Assembly: GCA_002683575.1 (NCBI GenBank)
Contig: NYTP01000134.1
Location: forward strand, 1-62,301
DNA length: 62,301 nucleotides
Source: Bermanella sp.
Lineage (GTDB): Bacteria > Pseudomonadota > Gammaproteobacteria > Pseudomonadales > Oceanobacteraceae
Reading direction: 5' to 3'
The notes under the pieces: generated by a model
Seen by the model: the letters and a program-made list of their open reading frames with translations, nothing else
Told to the model about the DNA's origin: nothing
Database searches by the model: none
Made by a program: the position numbers and the translations under genes
Shown: in pieces, positions 56,701 through 62,301 of the stretch
Position numbering within the stretch: the stretch's first letter is position 1
How the letters are laid out: every line of letters starts with the position of its first letter

Positions 56701-58623
56701 AACTCTGCTCGTATTGAGGTGAACACGGACAGCCCGAGTAATCCTAGTTTTAACTTTGAGCTAGGCGCGGGGGTGACAGCAGGTCAGGCGGTGCAGTTGA
56801 CGACGACCCTAAACATAAACCTTACTGATGTTCGATACAAAGGTAACGTCCTGTGGCATGCGGGCAATATAGGTCTAGCATCAAACTCTTGGGGCGGTGT
56901 TACTTCAAAGAACGTTCATGGATACATAGATATTGGCCCCGCAAATACCAGCTACGCGCACATCTTCACTGACCGCCCAGCCTTCTACTTCAATAAAGAT
57001 TTGGAGGTGAACGGCAAACGTGTGTGGCACAACGGTAACACTGGAGATATCCCTAAGAAATCTGTTAAGAACACCTTCACGACAGATCAAGTTATAACAG
57101 GTACAGGCACAATAGGTGCTAACTACAGTAACGCTAGTAACGGTTGGCTGTTCATAGGTACTGGCTCTAGCGGATTAGGTTTAGACAATAACGAGATAGC
57201 TTGTACGCAGGAGCTGGTTATGTCTGCTCCTTCTATTAGGACTGGGGCAGCCATTGATGCAGAGTCAACGTTGAAGGTTCATGATGTTGCCACGTTCCAA
57301 GCCGCAACCGTTCATCACGGCACGATATACGCTAGGGGAATCACTAGGTTTGCTGCCCCTAACGATGCGAAGCAACGTGTGGACGTTCGTGATGAAGATG
57401 ATCAGGGGCGCGCTCATTGGTATGGCGAGAGTTCAAGTGGTGGGACAAGGGCTTTCAAACATGCTTGGTATGATGGTTCTGCTTATGTGAACGTAGACGT
57501 TAGCGGACAGACTGTTAAGTTTTCAGGCTCTGTAAAAGCGGAGGGGGCATTATATGCTGATGGTACTGCGTTAGGGACTAATCAAGTGGTTGCAGTGTTT
57601 AGCCACCCAACACAGAACACGAACGTAGCCATCGTAGGTAAGAACTCAGCCAACGGCGGGTTCCGACTTGAATCTCACGCTGACTCAGCCGAGATGCGTG
57701 TGCAGACAAGTACAACGAGTGGCGGGTACTCAATATCCAATGGCGACAGAGGTACTATCGCTGCGTTTAGACGTAACGGCGACGTAGTTATCAACGGGGC
57801 CACCCATGTGCAAGGAGGTCTAAAACAGGACGGTCATATCATTCTTAATGGCTCTGATACTTGGCTACGGACTAAGGGCGACCAAGGTATCTACTTCAGT
57901 TCATATGGCGGTGGCTGGCGTATGACGGACACCACTTGGATCCGCGCGTATGGTAATAAAATGCTCTACATCACCAATGGTAGTACGTCTTCTATTCGTA
58001 CCACAGGTGGGGTCCATGCTAACCAAGGTTTCCGTAGGGATAATACGGGGAGCAGCTGGATAAGCCAGCGTGATAGCACCTCGGTTGCTGTCTACAACGG
58101 GAGTAATGTTGGTAATAACTCATACGCTGCGATGATAAGGCAACGCCACTCTAGTTACACATGGACAGTTGGCGGTCTAGGTAATCAGTATTTTGGCATG
58201 TTTGCGTATACTAATAGTAGGACAGTCAACGGCACTGACGGCTATTTCCGCATGGACTATAGGGGTAACTGCACTGCAAGCGGCCAAATGTATGCCCCTG
58301 ACTTCATAGCGACTTCTGATAGACGTGTTAAGGATAATATTAAGGTTATCCCCGATGCCTTGGATAAAGTCTGTAAGCTAACGGGCAACACTTACACGCG
58401 TAATGATTTGGACAACAAGGAATCGGCGGGTGTTATCGCGCAAGAAGTACAGGAAGTGCTACCAGAGGCAGTAACAGAGGCAGAGGGCAGATTACAGGTC
58501 GCGCACAATGGTGTTATCGGCCTGCTAGTCGAAGCTGTCAAAGAGCTAAAAGAGATCGTCAACACGCAAGCGGAAAGTATCCGTAAACTACAGGAGGTGC
58601 AATGTCAGACACCATCGAGATAG
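53797..58623 (+). CDS. Long tail fibre with coiled-coil repeats and C-terminal S74 intramolecular chaperone
   Basis: Heptad repeats, VWHNGN fibre motifs, TSDRRVKDNI...GVIAQEV...LLVEAVKEL. Confidence 0.9.
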   Translation: MSAIKINGTWQRVSSIKIKQNGVWNDHTALYARLDGAWHLIDLAAEAQGPAYHIWKAYADDAFGNGISLSPEGKEYIGFAVGQRVEEPDLSDPSLYDWSLIKGADGKDVDPEVLAEILEKQDGYNSSLYDVNDGLYSVEQALADADSRLKAADVALSQALQSAQVDFSSSVDSLNESISEVENDLLNLVSLSGEQGSSITQLKNTTDEQAQKIAVLETNDGSTRSRVASLESTSEEQATRLSSLGVWDGEAFATIKTLEETDSENASLIRTLEARGEEADSKIATLEYTSSSHASRLSIVETRSTSTQNRTSALEETTETHATRLTNVETKADDTESKVSTLEQTSEGHATRLTNVETKAASAVTKANNSQDSADTANSKVIAVTNRVSSLESTSSSHAYRLSTVETKADSNASKVSTLESATSTNASRIETVNTTQSNAIASALDTAKAYTDNETGQLKAERVIKADANGKVSGVHLLANGSGAEAGGKLYFQADEIAIVPPNWNGSSELDKSKFPFYFSEDRNYMYLDEATIQRLSAETIDSGSLAVDGLTLLSDNLSLPAGSVREHMLDPAFKDGIVRINPDAEILGGTKSVSSTGIGQGKKITVPALKSGGSAQKMTISVVGPNEVNRKDVQFDLEMKINGAPHNFSSGQSKIRLSSTIKYSTEDGGVRLYRSSFNFEDTVTLPAPTKGNTYEYEFVITNMSFSPANTSTYNFADKLKFSISVSEPTVSSGGFITDVRWSEVKEQPSFVGLDMQGHPTVPRFTLTNNPGTDPKWLRAIAEVGGFLPYKNGTSSLGTSSWRFKEVHGVTLYENGTALSSKYLGKTATATNASKLGGRGYSEGTGANSIASRNSNGDIYARLFRSTYSNQSDISGAIAFRRSTSDNYIRFCSDMGAVRNFVGVYSKNEVYTRTESNSRFMPSSGDAFTSGNVVGSLNGKTSLATNDGYGNSNVTFNHTRGVPVQNGNSARIEVNTDSPSNPSFNFELGAGVTAGQAVQLTTTLNINLTDVRYKGNVLWHAGNIGLASNSWGGVTSKNVHGYIDIGPANTSYAHIFTDRPAFYFNKDLEVNGKRVWHNGNTGDIPKKSVKNTFTTDQVITGTGTIGANYSNASNGWLFIGTGSSGLGLDNNEIACTQELVMSAPSIRTGAAIDAESTLKVHDVATFQAATVHHGTIYARGITRFAAPNDAKQRVDVRDEDDQGRAHWYGESSSGGTRAFKHAWYDGSAYVNVDVSGQTVKFSGSVKAEGALYADGTALGTNQVVAVFSHPTQNTNVAIVGKNSANGGFRLESHADSAEMRVQTSTTSGGYSISNGDRGTIAAFRRNGDVVINGATHVQGGLKQDGHIILNGSDTWLRTKGDQGIYFSSYGGGWRMTDTTWIRAYGNKMLYITNGSTSSIRTTGGVHANQGFRRDNTGSSWISQRDSTSVAVYNGSNVGNNSYAAMIRQRHSSYTWTVGGLGNQYFGMFAYTNSRTVNGTDGYFRMDYRGNCTASGQMYAPDFIATSDRRVKDNIKVIPDALDKVCKLTGNTYTRNDLDNKESAGVIAQEVQEVLPEAVTEAEGRLQVAHNGVIGLLVEAVKELKEIVNTQAESIRKLQEVQCQTPSR

Positions 58624-59855
58624 AGATTGATAGGGGGCGTCTCAACGATGTTCCTTATGAAATTAACGTTCAGCGTGACACCCTTGTCAGGTTCGCCAAC
58701 ATTAGCGCCTTAACGGCGTTACATGTGCGGGGATTCTCTAGCAGCTACTGGACTAGCACGTCTACTGCGGTAGTTGAGAACGGTGCACCAAAAGCATACC
58801 GTATCAAGAGTTCAGCGCCTTACAGCACGGACCAATTAGAGGTGTACGACCCCAGCAACGGCTCCACTCGAAGTTTTGTTATTAGGGTTGTTTCCTCTAT
58901 AACCAACCCGAATCCGTTTTACTTGTCACCGAGTAGTATTGATACATCTTACTCAGGCCTCAATGCTAATGAATTTGTGATTAGCCAAACGTACAGACTA
59001 TCGACACGTGAGAGAACAGTTGTCCACCTTCGCAGCGATAACCCCGAAGTTCGTTTCAGGCTTATAGATGGTGATTTTGAGGGGAATTGGGTTACTGACT
59101 TATTCATGAATTCAGTCTATCGCCGAGATTTCCAAATAGCATACAGAGCTCCTACGGAAGCTCTGGCGAGCAAGACAGTAACGGTTCGCATAGGCAGTCG
59201 TGTGTACAGTGTTAGCCTTAGCACGAGTAGCGAGCTTGTTCCATCAAGCCATCACGTTATTAGTATGGGCCGCACGTCGGGCAACATATCGCTGCTTAAT
59301 ATTAAAAACTTCTTCGGGGGCGGCAGCAATCTTAGGGACTATTTCAGGAAGGGGCGTAATGTCCCTGATATGGCGGCTAATTCTGGCATACCTACATCGG
59401 GAACCTTGAGAATCACAGACTTTAGGGGCTCGGCTACAGCGTTTTTTATTGCTTTCCACCCATCCGATAAACCTTTCCGTCAGCTGAGCACTTCTTATGG
59501 CACAAGAAGTGTGGGCGTAGGCTGGAACATATGGAGCGGTGAAGTTGACGATTGGGACTTAGGGTATAGTAAGTTCATCAAAGACAACGCGGAGTTTCGG
59601 TACACACTGAGCTATCAGTTCGGCAGTGGCTATGGAACGACTAACCCCGCTGTAAAACCCAAGTTATCGTCAAATACTGGCAGCCCAGGCACTTGGTCAT
59701 CATCGAATAAGTCGGTGAGTGTCACGGTTACAGCGCAAAAACGTGAAGAATTTAGGGTGACTTGCACAGTGAGAATGTACGCTAGGCACAAGGACTACCC
59801 AGATAAGACACTAAGCACTACGGCCAGTGTTACGGTACGCGCAGTAGGCACGTAG
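58602..59855 (+). CDS. Tail-fibre-associated adhesin-like protein
   Basis: GNISLLNIKNFFGG...LRDYFR...IPTSGTLRITDFRG, directly after the fibre gene. Confidence 0.6.
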   Translation: MSDTIEIEIDRGRLNDVPYEINVQRDTLVRFANISALTALHVRGFSSSYWTSTSTAVVENGAPKAYRIKSSAPYSTDQLEVYDPSNGSTRSFVIRVVSSITNPNPFYLSPSSIDTSYSGLNANEFVISQTYRLSTRERTVVHLRSDNPEVRFRLIDGDFEGNWVTDLFMNSVYRRDFQIAYRAPTEALASKTVTVRIGSRVYSVSLSTSSELVPSSHHVISMGRTSGNISLLNIKNFFGGGSNLRDYFRKGRNVPDMAANSGIPTSGTLRITDFRGSATAFFIAFHPSDKPFRQLSTSYGTRSVGVGWNIWSGEVDDWDLGYSKFIKDNAEFRYTLSYQFGSGYGTTNPAVKPKLSSNTGSPGTWSSSNKSVSVTVTAQKREEFRVTCTVRMYARHKDYPDKTLSTTASVTVRAVGT

Positions 59856-59869
59856 CTATATTTTATTTT

Positions 59870-59884
59870 AACAGTAATACTACT
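59870..59884. promoter_or_regulatory. Operator copy
   Basis: AACAGTAATACTACT upstream of a TATAAT. Confidence 0.65.
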
Positions 59885-59942
59885 TTTTTAATGAGTAGTA
59901 GCGCGTTATAATCGGGACTCACTAATAATAAGAGGCTTAAAA

Positions 59943-60296
59943 ATGTTTACAGCAGCATTTACAGACCCACAGGGTACTGAGTTCGAGGCAGCCGTGTTTC
60001 AGGTTCTTCGCTCAGATTTTACGGCAAATACAAGCGAAGCTTATGTATATGACATTCGTGAGGGCAGTGGTGAGATTGAGTCAGAAACGGCCAGCTTCTC
60101 GCTTAACTACCGCATTGGCTACTGGCCGTCGCAGACAGCAAAGGACAATGGCGCAGCACCTTATATCCTTATCGATACCGAAACGTACAACGCAGATTTT
60201 GCCAGCTACGCGTTACCCGCAGAGCAGTACAGCGGACTTAGCGCAGAAGAGGCGGCAGAGCTTCATTGTAAGACTGAAGTAATCGGGGTCGAATAA
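59943..60296 (+). CDS. Hypothetical protein
   Basis: GAGG SD, 117 aa. Confidence 0.72.
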   Translation: MFTAAFTDPQGTEFEAAVFQVLRSDFTANTSEAYVYDIREGSGEIESETASFSLNYRIGYWPSQTAKDNGAAPYILIDTETYNADFASYALPAEQYSGLSAEEAAELHCKTEVIGVE

Positions 60297-60496
60297 TGGG
60301 TGAGGACAAGGTAAACGAACTACAGGCTCAGGTCATTCGCCTAAAAGCCCGTGTACTCGATGCCCAAGATGAAAGTAAGGGGCTTAGCGAAGTATTAGGC
60401 CAGATTGCGCAGCGTGTTGGCTTCAAAGGCCAAAGCCTAGCTGAACTCGTAGAAGCTGTGCCAGTAGTAGATAAAAAGGAAGAAGCTGATGCTTAG
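60296..60496 (+). CDS. Small coiled-coil hypothetical protein
   Basis: TAATG coupling, 66 aa. Confidence 0.68.
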   Translation: MGEDKVNELQAQVIRLKARVLDAQDESKGLSEVLGQIAQRVGFKGQSLAELVEAVPVVDKKEEADA

Positions 60497-60647
60497 AAAA
60501 CTACTTTCGTTCTTAGCTACTAAGCTTTTTACGACAAAGTTTTTTATAAAGTTTGTACTTTTTGTCTCAGGTAAACTCGTCAAGAGCACAAAGCCAAAGT
60601 GGGATGATGAGTTGCATGCGATGATCAAAGAGGCGTTAGAGAGCTAG
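60489..60647 (+). CDS. 52-aa cationic amphipathic peptide, candidate lysis accessory (not in the ORF track)
   Basis: MLRKLLSFLATKLFTTKFFIKFVLFVSGKLVKSTKPKWDDELHAMIKEALES*; last gene before the terminator. Confidence 0.65.
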   Translation: MLRKLLSFLATKLFTTKFFIKFVLFVSGKLVKSTKPKWDDELHAMIKEALES

Positions 60648-60660
60648 CAGCCCATAAACG

Positions 60661-60699
60661 AAAAACCCCGCCTAGTAGCATTCTAGGCGGGGCTTTTTT
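60661..60699 (+). terminator. Late-operon terminator
   Basis: CCCCGCCTAG/CTAGGCGGGG stem plus T-tract. Confidence 0.85.
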
Positions 60700-60778
60700 A
60701 TGTCAAAAACGTAGACACACAGATCCCCGTACTTTAATCTAAATAGCGGGGGGTAATCACTGTCAGGAGTATAGCCAT

Positions 60779-61960
60779 ATGAGTGATTTAGAATTACCCA
60801 AGGGTATTACAATACACAGAGACAAGCTGCGTATTGCATTTCGCCCACCGAATGAAAAGAATCAGTGGAAACGATCATTAGGAATACCACCGACTAAAGC
60901 AAATATCAAGGCCGCAGAGCAAATGTTGAATGCCATAAGGCGGGATATTAGCTTAGGCCAGTTTGATTTAGCTCAGTATTTCCCAAACGATCCAAGTTTG
61001 AAAAAAGACGAGCGAACGCTGGGTGCTGTTATCCAAGAGCACTTCATCAAAGCTAAAAAAGGTAGGGTCAAAGGTTCAACCCACAATACCTATGCAATAC
61101 GTGCAGAATGGGTCATAGAGCATTACGGCCACATAGATGCAGCGAACGTTACGCCAAAGGAAGCTATGGAACTTAGGGAGGGGATTATTAGTCGGTCGCC
61201 CTCGCCAGAGTTGGCATCTTTTAGACTATGGCTTATACGTTTTGCTGTGACTCGCGCCGTGAGAGCACTTGTTCTTGAGGAGGACAGATTTGGTCCTATG
61301 CTAGATTCCGTCGAGTCGAAGTCAAAAGCGCTAACGCTCGAAGGTCTACATAAAGGTATAGAGTCCAATGAGGTGTTCACGATTGACGAAGCAGAGCGAA
61401 TTGTAAAAGCTTGTACCAGTGAGAGCCGTAAACGCTTAGTTACATTTCTTTTCTGGTCTGGTTTAAGACCAGGGGAGGCAGCAGCATTAAGGAGAGAGGA
61501 CATATGTTTACCCTACATCATTGTGAAACGCACTTTAACCCAGAACGGAGAAGAACAATCGCCGAAGAGTGGCCGAGCAAGAAAGATATACCTTCCGTCC
61601 TCCGCGAGATTGGCCTTAGAACAAGAATTGCGGACTCACGATTCAGACAGGGCTTGGGTGACGAGCATGGGGAAACCTTACACGTCGTCAAGGCTGTTCA
61701 CGACCAAACATTGGAGGGGGATACTTAACAAGGCAGGCTTAGCCTACCTAGCGCCTTACACTACTCGACATAGCTTCGCCAGTTGGATGCTAAAAGCTGG
61801 TGAACCGGAGTCGACAGTTGCAGCCCATTTAGGGCATACTGATACCGCAATGATCCGTAAGGTGTATGGGAAATTCATTCCAGATGCTAAGCCAGTTTGG
61901 ACCCTTGATGACCCCACTAAAATTGAAATTGTTAAAAACTCAATGATTTCAATGTCCTAG
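60779..61960 (+). CDS. int: Tyrosine integrase with N-terminal arm-binding domain
   Basis: LPKGITIH...LRIAF arm domain; catalytic GLRPGE, PKSG, YTTRH, LGH, VY; ends 9 bp before attR. Confidence 0.93.
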   Translation: MSDLELPKGITIHRDKLRIAFRPPNEKNQWKRSLGIPPTKANIKAAEQMLNAIRRDISLGQFDLAQYFPNDPSLKKDERTLGAVIQEHFIKAKKGRVKGSTHNTYAIRAEWVIEHYGHIDAANVTPKEAMELREGIISRSPSPELASFRLWLIRFAVTRAVRALVLEEDRFGPMLDSVESKSKALTLEGLHKGIESNEVFTIDEAERIVKACTSESRKRLVTFLFWSGLRPGEAAALRREDICLPYIIVKRTLTQNGEEQSPKSGRARKIYLPSSARLALEQELRTHDSDRAWVTSMGKPYTSSRLFTTKHWRGILNKAGLAYLAPYTTRHSFASWMLKAGEPESTVAAHLGHTDTAMIRKVYGKFIPDAKPVWTLDDPTKIEIVKNSMISMS

Positions 61961-61968
61961 CGGAACTG

Positions 61969-61989
61969 CTCCTAAAAAGATATGTTTTA
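61969..61989 (+). repeat. attR core region
   Basis: Direct repeat of 151..171. Confidence 0.85.
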
Positions 61990-62008
61990 AGCACACATAC
62001 TTGAATCC

Positions 62009-62036
62009 AAAGGCGCTGTTTAAGGCGCCTTTTTTT
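62009..62036 (+). terminator. Host terminator, probably the original terminator of the target gene
   Basis: AAAGGCGC/GCGCCTTTTTTT about 20 bp after attR. Confidence 0.75.
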
Positions 62037-62301
62037 ATACCTGTGTTTTTTATAAAAGGCATAATAATACCAATCCGTAATACTGAATCATTTTGCGCGG
62101 CTAAACGAGTTGCTAACTGCGTTAAAATTATCAATTAGAATAATTAAATAGCGAATTTTTTACCTAGCTACAAACACGTTTTCCAACCTTAAAATAGATC
62201 ACTTAATGAAGCGGATTGGTATAAAGTTGATTAAAAAATGACGTGTTTTTTATGGATTAACTTGCATTTATGGAGTACCTTTGTTTTTATAATAGAAACA
62301 T

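Larger units (their letters stand above)
151..61989. mobile_element. Integrated temperate podovirus-like prophage (~61.8 kb), apparently complete
   Basis: Flanking direct repeats; integrase, Xis, cI-like repressor, replication, packaging, capsid, tail and endolysin genes with no obvious frameshifts. Confidence 0.93.

Noticed and set aside
30698-59459. Numerous minus-strand ORFs inside late genes (and plus-strand ORFs inside early genes)
   Set aside because: Antisense shadows of long, well-supported CDSs with Ser/Leu-rich low-information translations
53797-59855. Diversity-generating retroelement or invertible tail-fibre cassette
   Set aside because: No reverse transcriptase, invertase or template/variable repeat pair noticed
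61949-62134. Minus-strand 61-aa ORF
   Set aside because: Crosses attR and the host terminator; no supporting features
1-62301. tRNA or rRNA genes
   Set aside because: No cloverleaf or rRNA-like sequence recognised by eye; tRNAscan-SE/Infernal would be needed to exclude them

Overview
The window is almost entirely one apparently intact temperate prophage of about 61.8 kb (151..61989). It is bounded by a 21-bp near-identical direct repeat (attL 151..171, attR 61969..61989) at the 3' end of a host CDS; the host is probably a gammaproteobacterium, judging by the E. coli-type LexA box. Left to right: (i) an AT-rich cargo block with a secreted thermonuclease, a membrane degenerate-GGDEF/EAL protein, a chemoreceptor, a LexA-controlled UmuD'-like S24 peptidase and an ATPase+RloB (AbiL/PARIS-like) defence pair; (ii) a leftward early/replication arm with ThyX, Xis, a lambda-cI-like repressor, nucleases, SNF2 helicase, primase-helicase, family-A polymerase and an iteron-type origin candidate; (iii) a rightward podovirus morphogenesis arm with terminase, portal, scaffold, N4-gp56-type capsid, ejection proteins, M15 endolysin and tail fibres; (iv) a tyrosine integrase. 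The most notable unannotated signals are: about 17 copies of a palindromic operator (AACAGT-N3-ACTGTT) lying on promoters across both arms; a candidate ~77-nt sRNA complementary to the ribosome-binding region of a gene 0.9 kb away; a repressor lacking protease catalytic residues together with a free-standing SOS-regulated S24 peptidase (possible trans-acting induction switch); a thermonuclease-like domain at the N-terminus of the giant ejection protein; and Ala-Ala C-termini on ten proteins. All functional calls come from motif recognition by eye; no database search was run.
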